This document shows, one piece after another, positions 1 to 10,556 of a stretch of DNA of 22,417 bases. The position numbers and the translations under genes are program-made. A model generated the notes under the pieces. The model had not been told where the DNA came from and ran no database searches. It saw nothing but the letters and a program-made list of their open reading frames with translations. The stretch's first letter is position 1; each line of letters starts with the position of its first letter. The DNA lies in IMG/VR virus record IMGVR_UViG_3300000301_000076; one strand, given 5' to 3'. Source of the stretch: a virus (Duplodnaviria > Heunggongvirae > Uroviricota > Caudoviricetes).

Positions 1-3000
1 TACAGACTCCATTTAACCTCGGCGCTACAGCAGTAACCCGATTCAATCGTGCGGCACGTATGGGGCTGGCTCCGATCCCCTCTCTTATTTTCGCCATCCG
101 TGGGGCGATTACGGGGCTTAAAGGCGCTTTTGCTGGATTAACGGCGTTCATTGCGGCAAACCCTATAGGGGCAGCATTTACAGTCGCCACTGTAGCTGTT
201 GCTGGCCTAATCACGTACATGACCATGCTCCGCAGCGAAACTTCAAAGGTCGTTGACGAGATTAGGAAAATACCAGAGGCGATGACGGCGGCCAAACGTG
301 CACAAATGGCCGACCGCGCAGAAAAGCTCGAAAAGCAGATTCTTGCTGATCAACGAGCATTAAAAACTGGTGAGGGTGTTAATTACGTATCTAACTCTGC
401 CGGTGTTATTACTCACAAAGAGTCGAAGGCTGACATCGAAGCACGCCTGAAAAAAAATCAGGAAGAGTATCAAAAGATAACCGGCACGATAGCTCTTGGT
501 GACGGCGCTGTAGCAAAGCGTTTGGCTAAAGAGGCTGCCGAATCTCAGATTGAGAAAATTCGAGCGGAAAACCAGATTTTCGCGGCAACATTCGTGAAAG
601 CCCGGCAAGAGGCTCTGGATAAGATCCAGAAAATCAATGATGACGGTTCACTTTCAGATGACGAAAAGAACAAGCTATTGGCACCGTTACGTGAAACGGT
701 AAACAAAAGCTATCTGGAGCCTGCGCAAAAACTGGTTGATTCACTTTCTTCTCGTAAGAATGCGACCGAGAAGCAAATTGCGACTCTTAATGATCAGCTT
801 GAAAAAGCCAAAAAGGATGGAAATACCGAGCAGATCCAGAAACTGCAAGGCAGTATTCGTGGTTATCAGGAGCATTTGGAAGCCGTTGCTCAGGAGCTGA
901 CTCAGGCAGAGTTCGAGAGAGATAACGCGGCCAAAACTGGTAAGGGCGTAATGTCAAACCAGGGGACTGTTCTTGGGTTAGGTACAACTGATAAAGCTGC
1001 TCAGAAGGCGTTGGCGCAATATATGCGAAACCAGATGGATTCTGCGACTTATCAGCGTACTTTGCCTGACGGCACTCCGATGATGGACTTCGAAGGTAAG
1101 CCGATTATTGGGCCTAAACAACTCAAGACGCAGCTTAATTTGCAGAAAGCATCCAGTGCCAGCTCTCTGGAGAAAATGAGCGATGAAGAGCGTGCCGCAG
1201 CCATTGCCGCACTTACTAAAGCTCGTGAACAGGATGCAGCAGCTGCCGAGAAAGCAGCCCAACGATCAGCTAACGCCTCGCAGCGTGCGGCCAAGAAGGA
1301 ACAGGCAGCGCAACAGAAACTGGCAGCCGGATACCAGAAGGCTCTGGACAAAGCTGATCAGCTTATGGGGCAAATGGGTGAAAGCTCTAAGGCTACGGTA
1401 TCGTTTGATCAGTCTCTTCGCGATACAACGAAATCGCTGACAGATTTGGCTAATGCGGTACCTAACGAGTTCATCACTCAAGAGATGATCGACAAGGCGA
1501 AAAAACGTCTTGAAGACCTCAAAAATGCGACACCTGAATATCGCGAGATGTTTAATCGCCGCAATGTTGAGCAGATGATCTCCACTTGGGCACCGGAGGC
1601 GGATTCCATTATTAGTGCTGGCTATACGCCGTCTCGCGAAGAGAAAGTTGCTGATTTCGAAGACACCTACAACCGCAATCTCAAAGCGTTGATAGAACTT
1701 CGTGATAAGGCGTCTGATCCTAAAGTTGTGGCGCTTTATACAAAGAAAATCAATCAACTGATTGCTGCTGGCAATACCGCGCTTATTAAAGAGACGGGGA
1801 CTGCGACGCAGAAGTTGGCACTGGAATACGAAAATCTGGCAGAGCAGATCGAAAGCACCTGGACTGATTTGTTTAGTGGCTTAACTGATGTCCTGACTGA
1901 TTTCGTTATTAACGGGAAGATGAGCTTCTCCAGCCTATCTCAGTCCATTTTGAAAGATATCACCAATATGGTCGTGAAGTCGCAGATCACGCTGCCTCTA
2001 ATGAACATGTTGGGGATGGGAACCACCGCAGCTGGTAGTTCACAGAGTGGTAATTTGCTCACCGGGGTTGCTTCCGCAGTTGCCAATCAAGGTGTGCGCA
2101 TAAGCAACACTGTTAATGGCGACAAGTCGGTAGGAGAAGCCACGAAGGAGACGTCCAGTTCGGTAACTGGATTGGGGCAAACGACACAGCAGACCACCAG
2201 CGCAATTGGCACAGCAACAAATGCGATTGGTAGCTGGGTATCAGGGCTATTTAATAGCACCGAAGCCAAAGATGCTGAGACAAAAGCAGTGAAGGACTCC
2301 ATCTTCTCGATGCAGAACCTCAGCTCTGTTACCGGCGCTCTGTCTGCCGCGTTTGCAATGCTTGGAGCTAATGCTTCCGGCTCTGGTAATAAGTGGTTGA
2401 ATTTCGGCGCGACAGTTGCATCTGGTTTGGTTTCAGTATGGGCTGGTGGTGGATTCGATGGATTGATGTCCGGTTCTTCTGGCTCAACTTCCGGGTTCAA
2501 CAATCTGACCAGTTCTGCTGCCGATGGCACGAATGGTATTCCTGCAATTCCGAAGTTTGCAAATGGTGGCATATTCGGAAAAGACGGCGTGATCCCGCTC
2601 CGGGCATACCAGAAAGGCGGTATCGCCAACTCACCTCAATTGGCGTTGTTTGGGGAAGGCGATATGAATGAGGCGTATGTTCCATTGCCTGATGGTCGNN
2701 NNNNNNNNNNNNNNNNNNNNNNNNNNNNNNNNNNNNNNNNNNNNNNNNNNNNNNNNNNNNNNNNNNNNNNNNNNNNNNNNNNNNCCTGTAACGCTCAGTA
2801 CCGATGGTATGAGTGGAGGAGGAAATGTTCTTTCTCCTGTATCAATTGAGATCAACGTCCATAGTGACGGTAGCACAACTGAATCCGGCGATACAGAAAG
2901 CATATGGAACAATGCCGCTCAACGGATGAAAGCAATCGCGCTTGAGACTATCGCTCAAGAGAAACGCCCTGGCGGATCACTCAACCCAAACACTCAACGT

Positions 3001-3006
3001 AACTAA
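1..3006 (+). CDS. Tail tape measure protein, 5' partial (reading frame is open to the window start; interrupted by N-run 2699-2784)
   Basis: About 1000 codons open in one frame from nt 3 with no upstream stop. The first 60 residues are hydrophobic, which in lambda H sits about 100 residues in, so the true start is probably upstream of the window. The middle is long and Ala/Lys/Glu/Gln-rich (coiled-coil-like) and the C-terminal part is Gly/Ser-rich. It sits immediately upstream of M-L-K-I-J homologues. Stop TAA at 3004-3006 in the frame that resumes after the N-run. Confidence 0.85.
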
Positions 3007-3011
3007 CTATC

Positions 3012-3033
3012 GACTGCCCCGACCGGGGCAGTC
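3012..3033 (+). other. GC-rich hairpin just after the tape measure stop (gactgcccc / gacc / ggggcagtc)
   Basis: Perfect 9-bp inverted repeat with a 4-nt loop, read directly from the sequence; no U-tract follows. Confidence 0.4.
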
Positions 3034-3048
3034 TCACAAGGATGTGAG

Positions 3049-3384
3049 ATGGAAAGACAAACGTTTAATTGGTATCCAGATTACGAATCTGAAAAGAGCG
3101 TAAAACCGAATGTAACGGTACTTAATTTTGGTGATGACTACGAGCAGCGACAGGCTCAAGGTCTTAATCGTATTAAAGAAGAATGGTCGTTAACCTTTAC
3201 CAGATCATACAACGAAATTAATGCAATCGATGACTTCCTGACTGAGCGATCAGGCGTTGAATCGTTCTATTGGGTTAATCCAAGAGGCAAGCAGATTGTA
3301 GTTGTATGTGACAGTCATACGGTCAAGCGATATCAGGGGTACTGTGTCTTAACTGCTACATTCAGACAAGTATTTGAGGCTTAA
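3049..3384 (+). CDS. M: Minor tail protein M homologue
   Basis: 111 aa, the size and position of lambda gpM (directly after the tape measure, before L). I recall similarity to lambda M in the N-terminal third (F-W-Y, then V-x-x-L-x-F-G-D-x-Y-x-Q-R). ATG at 3049. Confidence 0.8.
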   Translation: MERQTFNWYPDYESEKSVKPNVTVLNFGDDYEQRQAQGLNRIKEEWSLTFTRSYNEINAIDDFLTERSGVESFYWVNPRGKQIVVVCDSHTVKRYQGYCVLTATFRQVFEA

Positions 3385-3466
3385 GTATCTGGATAAGTAA
3401 GTACTAATTTACTATCATTGTGGCGCTGACAGGATGTTAGCGCCTACTTATTTCAAGGATGAAACA

Positions 3467-4165
3467 ATGGGAATTAAAGCTGATATTCAGAGCTTATCTC
3501 CCTCTGCACTCATTGAGTTGTTCGTACTGGATATGTCGAACACAACTTCAGGGGGGAAGCTATTCTTCCACGCCGGAACAAACGAACTGATGCAACCGGT
3601 CGTCTGGCAAGGAGTGACATACGAGCCGTGGCCAATCAAAGCATCAGGCTTTGACAAAACTGGCCAGGGAACGTTGCCACGTCCAAAAATTCAGGTATCG
3701 AACTTTGCCGGAACCGTCTCTGCGGAAGTTCAGGCGAACGACGATCTTGTTGGCTGCCGCATTATTCGCAAGATGACGCTGGCTCGCTTCCTCGATGCCG
3801 TTAATTTTAAAGACGGCAACCCAACAGCAGATCCAAATCAACATTTCCCGGATGAAATGTGGTTTATCGAACAGAAAACTCTCGAAACTCATCAGGTTGT
3901 CGAGTTTGAATTGTCCAGTGTGTTCGATTTGATGGGGGTGCAACTGCCGTATCGTCAGATCATTAAAAACACCTGCCCGTGGAAATACCGAGGGCCAGAA
4001 TGCGGCTATACCGGCCCATATTTCGACAAAAATAACCAGCAGACGTCTATGTCTGGTGCTGATTACTGCACAAAACGTTATGACGCCTGTAATGCGCGTC
4101 GGAATTATTTTGCCGACGGTGTGATCCATTTTGGCGGATTTATTGGAGCTACGCGGTATGGGTAA
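3467..4165 (+). CDS. L: Minor tail protein L homologue
   Basis: Recalled similarity to lambda gpL (V-x-W-Q-G-x-x-Y-x-P-x-P-I, R-P-x-x-x-V-S-N, R-F-L-D-A-V-N-F, C-x-W-x-Y-R-G-x-E-C-G-Y-x-G-P, F-G-G-F). ATG 3467 is preferred over the in-frame ATG 3434 because of the AGGA Shine-Dalgarno 8 nt upstream and a better length match. Confidence 0.85.
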   Translation: MGIKADIQSLSPSALIELFVLDMSNTTSGGKLFFHAGTNELMQPVVWQGVTYEPWPIKASGFDKTGQGTLPRPKIQVSNFAGTVSAEVQANDDLVGCRIIRKMTLARFLDAVNFKDGNPTADPNQHFPDEMWFIEQKTLETHQVVEFELSSVFDLMGVQLPYRQIIKNTCPWKYRGPECGYTGPYFDKNNQQTSMSGADYCTKRYDACNARRNYFADGVIHFGGFIGATRYG

Positions 4166-4955
4166 TAAAGCAATCCCTGAGCTTGGCTCTGACGTTATGC
4201 AGCAAATCTATCTCTGCGCCATAAATCGCTACCCTAATGAAGCGTGTGGCTTTCTGGTTAGAACTAATGGCGACAAATATCGCTTTATGGAAGCGCGGAA
4301 TGTATCGGAGAACCCGCAGAACACTTTTGTAATGCACGTTGACGACATTATAGCGGCAGAGGATGCAGGTGACGTAATTGCAATCTGGCATTCACATACT
4401 GATGAATCAGCAGAAGCATCTGATGCCGATCGTGCTGGCTGTGAAGCGACGGAAGTTCCGTGGATGATTCTGGCTATTCGCAAGAATGTTGAGGGAGATG
4501 CCCCTTTCCATTTTAGCGAGATGAATGTGATCACACCTGATGGTTTCGAAATGCCATACTTGGGCAGACCGTATATATTTGGCGTATTCGATTGCTGGAT
4601 GTTGTGTCGGGACTATCTGAAGCGTGAGTTTAACGTCGAGCTTAACCCGAACGCACACCTGCATATCCCATCATGGTACACCGGCGATAACGACATTCTC
4701 GACAAGAACTACCGAAACGAAGGATTGGTACGGCTTGCGCCCGGAACAGAGCCTCAACGTGGGGACGTCTTCTTTATCCAATACGGAAAAATGCCTGACC
4801 ACTGTGCGGTTTATATCGGCGATGGAATGATTCTTCATCACCAGATCGACCGTCTTAGTTGTCGTGCTTATTACGGCGGGATGTATCAGAAACATACGAC
4901 GCATCACTTGCGTCACAGAGACTTGCTCAAGGGAGATGAGACGTGTCTGAGTTAG
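4158..4955 (+). CDS. K: Tail assembly protein K homologue (N-terminal JAMM/MPN-like plus C-terminal NlpC/P60-like)
   Basis: H-S-H-x7-S-x2-D motif (WHSHTDESAEASDAD) typical of JAMM/MPN; a C-terminal region with Cys (DCWMLCRDY) and His (HCAVYIGDGMILHH) consistent with NlpC/P60. ATG 4158 with GGAG upstream, overlapping the L stop. The ORF-track start at 4131 is probably an upstream extension. Confidence 0.85.
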   Translation: MGNKAIPELGSDVMQQIYLCAINRYPNEACGFLVRTNGDKYRFMEARNVSENPQNTFVMHVDDIIAAEDAGDVIAIWHSHTDESAEASDADRAGCEATEVPWMILAIRKNVEGDAPFHFSEMNVITPDGFEMPYLGRPYIFGVFDCWMLCRDYLKREFNVELNPNAHLHIPSWYTGDNDILDKNYRNEGLVRLAPGTEPQRGDVFFIQYGKMPDHCAVYIGDGMILHHQIDRLSCRAYYGGMYQKHTTHHLRHRDLLKGDETCLS

Positions 4956-5704
4956 TTCATGTGCAGCTTGGCGGCCCTATGGCCAAACATTTTGGCCGCC
5001 ACTGGCATCTAAAGGTGCGCAATACAAAACAGGCTCTGGATTTAATTGAGGCCAACAAGCCAGGGTTTAAAGCATGGATGAAGCGCAACATCAAAACCTA
5101 TGACAGATACCACATCCAGATCACCAATAANNNNNNNNNNNNNNNNNNNNNNNNNNNNNNNNNNNNNNNNNNNNNNNNNNNNNNNNNNNNNNNNNNNNNN
5201 NNNNNNNNNNNNNNNNNNNNNNNNNNNNNNNNNNNNNNNNNNNNNNNNNNNNNNNNNNNNNNNNNNNNNNNNNNNNNNNNNNNNNNNNNNNNNNNNNNNN
5301 NNNNNNNNNNNNNNNNNNNNNNNNNNNNNNNNNNNNNNNNCAGACGGTAGTAGGGGCCGCTTTGTTGGTTGTATCGGCGGTAATGATGCCTGCTTTAGCA
5401 CCTCTCGGTTTGTCACTAATGATGGGCGGCATATCACAAATAATATCGCCGCAAGCCACTAACGAAAGTGTGAGACAGGCAGATAACTCGAACTCTTATT
5501 NNNNNNNNNNNNNNNNNNNNNNNNNNNNNNNNNNNNNNNNNNNNNNNNNNNNNNNNNNNNNNNNNNNNNNNNNNNNNNNNNNNNNNNNNNNNCCCTCAAA
5601 ATACAGAAAACCAGGGCAACCCAGTACAACTTATCTATGGCGAGGAAATTCTGGTTGGCTCACAGGTTGTGAGTTCTTCAATCACGATTGACCAGCTAAT
5701 GTAA
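4943..5704 (+). CDS. I: Tail assembly protein I homologue (interrupted by N-runs 5131-5340 and 5501-5592)
   Basis: GTG start at 4943 with GGGAG 7 nt upstream, overlapping the K stop. The hydrophobic Gly/Ala-rich central segment resembles lambda gpI. After the last N-run the frame ending TAA 5702-5704 reads PVQLIYGEEILVGSQVVSSSITIDQLM, which matches the lambda I C-terminus (LPVLYGEMRVGSRVVSQEIS), so I prefer it to the ORF-track frame ending at 5691. Confidence 0.75.
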
Positions 5705-5721
5705 ACAAGGATTTTTTGAAC

Positions 5722-8700
5722 ATGGAACAGTTCAAGAAGAAAAAGCTACCGCTGTTTATTGCCGGTGCGGGTGGTAAAAAAAGCAGCAAAAGATCCAGCC
5801 GTACACCGGTTGAAGCCGACGATACCGTAAATTCTCGTGCAATGGCCGCTATCCTCGATCTTCTTGGGGAAGGGGTAATTGGCGGTTTAGTAAATGGCGC
5901 AAGATCTATTTTTATCGACGATCTGCCGATTGTAAATGAAGACGGTTCCTCCAACTTCAGCGGAATCACATGGGATTTTCGCGACGGTTCGCAAGACCAG
6001 ACTCCAATGTCTGGCTTTGATTTCGTTGAAACGCCTAAATCCGTCAATATCCAGTTAAAAAAAACACATTATGTAACGGTTTCAATCGATAACGATGAAG
6101 CTGATCGGGTTCGTGTCATCATGAAGTTTCCTTCTTTGCGAAGCATAGATAAAAAAACTGGTGACACGAACGGTACGACTGTTGAGTACAAGTTCCAGAT
6201 AGCAAATGGCGACTCAACATTTGTAGATGTGGTCGCTGAAGGTGAAAAAAGCGTTGGCATTAAGCTAACAGCAAAGAAGACCGGCGTTTATTACCGTAGC
6301 TATGAGCTGAAGCTGCCTAAGCCTGGACGAGCATACAAGGTTCGTGTGGTCCGTATTACCGATGATAACAGTAGCCAGTATCTCTATAACGATACATGGG
6401 TGGATTCAATCGGGGAAATTGTCGATACACCGATGAACTATCCAAACTCTGTTTTGGTTGGATTGAAGGTAAACTCTGAGCAATTCGGCAGCACCATGCC
6501 ATCTCGCTCTTATCTGGTGCGTGGCCTAAAAATTCGAGTACCTTCAAACTATAACGAGTCCAGTAACACTTACGCTGGGGTATGGGATGGCACTTTTAAG
6601 CTGTTGTCTTCTTCGAACCCCGCGTGGATTCTCTTTGATTTGCTGACCAATGCTCGATATGGCCTTGGTCAGTATGTGTCGGAATCTATGATTGACCTTG
6701 GCCAGTTGTACCAGATTGGTCGATATTGTGACGAAGAGGTCGATGATGGCTTTGGTGGCAAAGAGAAACGCTTTGCAATCAATACGCAGATCACCAGTCG
6801 ACAGGACGCATACCGGCTAATTCAGGATATTGCCGGAGCATTCCGCGGCATGGTGTTTTGGGCTGGTGGGATGGTTAACATCATGCANNNNNNNNNNNNN
6901 NNNNNNNNNNNNNNNNNNNNNNNNNNNNNNNNNNNNNNNNNNNNNNNNNNNNNNNNNNNNNNNNNNNNNNNNNNNNNNNNAGATCCGGTAATGATGTTTA
7001 CCAACTCTAACGTCAAAGATGGATTGTTTACCTATAAAGGTTCTGCGCGTAAAGATCGCCCATCCGTTGCGCTCGTAACCTACAACAACAAGGAGGACGG
7101 TTATAAGCAAAACATCGAGTACGTCGAAGATCAGGACGCAATGCGCCGTTATGGTGAGCGTAAGACAGAAGTCGTAGCATTTGGCTGTACAAGCCGAGGC
7201 CAGNNNNNNNNNNNNNNNNNNNNNNNNNNNNNNNNNNNNNNNNNNNNNNNNNNNNNNNNNNNNNNNNNNNNNNNNNNNNNNNNNNNNNNNNNNNTTTATG
7301 GCTTTTGTATACAGCCAGAATGGAGTCGGATGTAATTACATTTACTGCCGGCTTAGATGCGTCATTCCTGATGCCTGGTGAAACCGTTCTGATTCAGAAC
7401 AAATATCGCGCAGGCAAACGTAACTCAGGTCGAATTGTGGCGTTTACCAAAAACAGCGTCACACTCGATGCGCCTGTGTCGTTAGCCAAAGGCGGCTGCT
7501 TTATTCGAATACNNNNNNNNNNNNNNNNNNNNNNNNNNNNNNNNNNNNNNNNNNNNNNNNNNNNNNNNNNNNNNNNNNNNNNNNNNNNNNNNNNNNNNNN
7601 NNNCAAAATCGTTGAACGCGATGTTCTTGAAACTGGCGAAAATATAACAAAAGTTACGTTTTCAAAAGCCCTGTCTTCGGCTGAAACGCCTGTTTTGAAC
7701 GGCGTCTGGACTATTACAGAACCAGACCTCGAACCTATGCGCGTTCGCATTGTTAACATAGCACAGGGGGAAACGCCGGGTAGCTTTGACATCACCGCTG
7801 TTGAGAACAATCCGTCTAAATATGAGGCGATCGACAATGGTGCAACGCTTATCCCGCAGAATACGACGGTATTGGACCCGACTTATTCCAAGCCGTCTAA
7901 TTTGCAAATCACTGNNNNNNNNNNNNNNNNNNNNNNNNNNNNNNNNNNNNNNNNNNNNNNNNNNNNNNNNNNNNNNNNNNNNNNNNNNNNNNNNNNNNNN
8001 NNNNNNNNNNNNNNNNNNNNNNNNTGTCAGTAAAACTGACTGCAACATGGGAAGGGAAATCTCCAGAGTATTGGATCAGTTGGCGACGTTCTGATGAAAA
8101 CAATGTATCGAACTGGCAATCGGCGCGTGTAACCGAAGAGCAATACGAAATCGTTAATGTTGCGGAGAATGGACGCTACGACTTCCAGCTGTATGCGGTT
8201 TCATTCAACGGTAAAAAAACAGAGATTATCAGTACCGTTTATCAGGTGCTGGGCACAATGACACCGCCAGATGCCCCAACGTCATTAACGGCCGTTGGAG
8301 ACTATCGTAATGTGATACTGAATTGGGTTAATCCAGATTCGGTAGACCTTGATCACATTAATGTTTACGCATCCCAGACCAACAATCTGGATACAGCGAA
8401 ACTGATCGCAGAGTCTGCAAGCACCACCTTTACACATGCTGGTCTTGGGGATAGCGAAACGTGGTATTACTGGGTTCGTGCGTCAAACAAGCGCGGTATG
8501 TTGAGTCCTCCGAACTCAAACTTGGGTACAGAGGCGACGACTCGCGATGTGCTGTCGTTCCTGACAGGCAAAATTACGTCTTCTGAACTTGGCCAGACTT
8601 TACTTGAGGAAATCGACTCAAAAGTATCTCAGGAGGCGGTGGATTCCATCTATCAACAGATGGAAGAAAGTCTGAAAATCCTCGATGACAAATTTACAGA

Positions 8701-10463
8701 TGCCGATCAGCGGCTTGAAGAAGCTCAAAACAATCTTAAAACGGAAGTTTCCGGTACTGTCAGCAAGGTGGAAGACGCGCTTAAGGAGGTTGCAAACTCT
8801 AACGCTGCCTTAATTCAGTTGCAGGAAANNNNNNNNNNNNNNNNNNNNNNNNNNNNNNNNNNNNNNNNNNNNNNNNNNNNNNNNNNNNNNNNNNNNNNGC
8901 AGGGTAAAGCTGTAGCTGGAGCTGTTGAGGCGGCAAATGCAGCACTTGACAATTCATCGGCTTTAATTGCGGAGGAGCGTGAAGCACGAGTTGAGGGTGA
9001 CTTGGCAAACGCNNNNNNNNNNNNNNNNNNNNNNNNNNNNNNNNNNNNNNNNNNNNNNNNNNNNNNNNNNTCGAGGCGATGAAGTCAACTGTAGATAGCA
9101 GTTTAGCCACCATTGAAGAAATGAAAAAAACCGTGGCTGAAGTTGAACGTTCTAGTGCCGAAGTTACGACAAACATTGAGGCATTGGCTAAAACAAACAT
9201 CGATCTTGCTTTGCGTCAGGATGAAGATCAGCACAAGCAGATGGTGAGTAATGCGAAGATCACCACAACTCAGAAGGCTTTTGCAGACGATATATCTGCA
9301 ATGGCTACGAAAATGGAGGAAATTCGCGCTGAAATAAATGAGGATATCAGAGCTTCAATCACTGAAGAAACAACGGCTCGTGTAGATGCTGATAATGCTA
9401 TTGCAAGCAGAATCACCAAACTTGAATCAAAGATTAACGATGATATTTCTGCCGCAATTGTGAGTGAACAAGAGGCACGAGCTAGTGCCGATGAAGCACT
9501 TTCAAAAGAAATACTATCGTTACAAGCCAAAATTGAAGGCGATATTAGTGCAGCTATATCTGAAGAAAAAATTGCCCGAGCAACTGCTGATGAATCTTTA
9601 GNNNNNNNNNNNNNNNNNNNNNNNNNNNNNNNNNNNNNNNNNNNNNNNNNNNNNNNNNNNNNNNNNNNNNNNNNNNNNNNNNNNNNNNNNNNNNNNNNNN
9701 NNNNNNNNNNNNNNNAGATATTAAGGCGGCTGTAGCAGAAGAGACGAAAGCCAGAACTGACGCTGATTCGGCTTTGGCTTCTAGTATCACTAATCTACAG
9801 GCGCAAACGAGCAAAGATATTAATGCCGCGATTACGTCTGAGGCAACTGTGCGCACAAACGCCGACAATGCTCTAAGTGGACGAATTGACACCTTAAAAG
9901 CATCAGTTGATGGAAATACAGCGACAATTCAAGAGCANNNNNNNNNNNNNNNNNNNNNNNNNNNNNNNNNNNNNNNNNNNNNNNNNNNNNNNNNNNNNNN
10001 NNNNNNNNNNNNNNNGGCAACTGCTATTGCTGATACTAACAAAAAGGTTTCAACCGCGTGGACGTTGAAGATGGAAACGTCAACAAGTGGTGGGCAAAAA
10101 TATGTCGCAGGTATTGCGCTTGGAATTGACACCACGGGGCTTTCCCAGTTTTTGGTGCAAGCAGATCGATTTGGTCTAGTTAACTCAGTTAACGGAAAGA
10201 TCACCACACCATTTGTTATCGAAAACAGCGTTGCATACATGAATGGTGCGTATATTAAGGATGGTACTATCACAAATGCAAAGGTAGGTGACTTGCAATC
10301 AACAAACTTCGTAAGCGGACGAGTCGGATGGCGATTTGGTAAAAATGGAACGCTTGAGATCAACGGCAATAGTGGCGGCAATGGGAGATTGGTTATAAAT
10401 GGTCAGAGGATTGACGTTTATGATGACAATAATGTCCTTCGAGTGAGGATTGGTCAGCTTTGA
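5722..10463 (+). CDS. J: Host-specificity / central tail tip protein J homologue with an internal coiled-coil repeat insertion (many N-runs; frame changes at each)
   Basis: N-terminal 500 aa are collinear with lambda gpJ by recall (GITWDFRDGSQDQTP, YPNSVLVGLKVNSEQFGS, GLKIRVPSNYN, GVWDGTF, DGFGG, AFGCTSRGQ). Fibronectin-III-like segment at about 8027-8540. Near the C-terminus YVAGIALGIDTTGLSQFLVQADRF matches lambda J [28 protein letters not shown]. Coding is continuous across the gaps only if the N-runs are not length-preserving. ATG 5722 with AAGGA 10 nt upstream; stop at 10461-10463. Confidence 0.85.
9280..9938 (+). repeat. At least six tandem copies of a 33-codon (99-nt) repeat inside J (consensus D-I-x-A-A-I-x-x-E-x-x-A-R-x-x-A-D-x-A-L-x-x-x-I-x-x-L-x-A-x-x-x-x)
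   Basis: The periodic units are visible in the translation and the DNA (gatatatctgca, gatatcagagct, gatatttctgccgca, gatattagtgcagct, gatattaaggcggct, gatattaatgccgcg). Interrupted by N-run 9602-9715, so the copy number is a minimum. Confidence 0.8.
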
Positions 10464-10512
10464 TTGTGGAAAAAAATAATCATTTCTGTAAAAATAGGTA
10501 GGTACTAACTTA

Positions 10513-10537
10513 ATGGTGGGCATGGAACGCCCACCAT
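10513..10537 (+). other. Intergenic hairpin between J and the side tail fibre gene (atggtgggc / atggaac / gcccaccat)
   Basis: Perfect 9-bp inverted repeat with a 7-nt loop; no U-tract; followed by the RBS TAGGAG for the next gene. Confidence 0.4.
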
Positions 10538-10556
10538 ATCTAGGAGCAAAGGATAA

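Noticed and set aside
360-2629. Several - strand ORFs (360-608, 978-1262, 1052-1351, 1266-1757, 2087-2629) and + strand ORFs (1183-1440, 2393-2671) inside the tape measure gene
   Set aside because: All lie inside a long, well-supported coding frame, have no ribosome-binding sites, and have arbitrary or low-complexity composition. They are shadow ORFs.
5362-5691. ORF-track frame for the C-terminus of the I protein (ending FFNHD at 5691)
   Set aside because: The alternative frame after the N-run, ending at 5704, matches the lambda I C-terminus far better; the track frame is a gap-induced artefact.
9280-9938. Periodic 99-nt repeats considered as a possible CRISPR array or non-coding satellite
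   Set aside because: The repeats are in-frame, have no unique spacers between conserved direct repeats, and translate to a coherent coiled-coil motif inside J.
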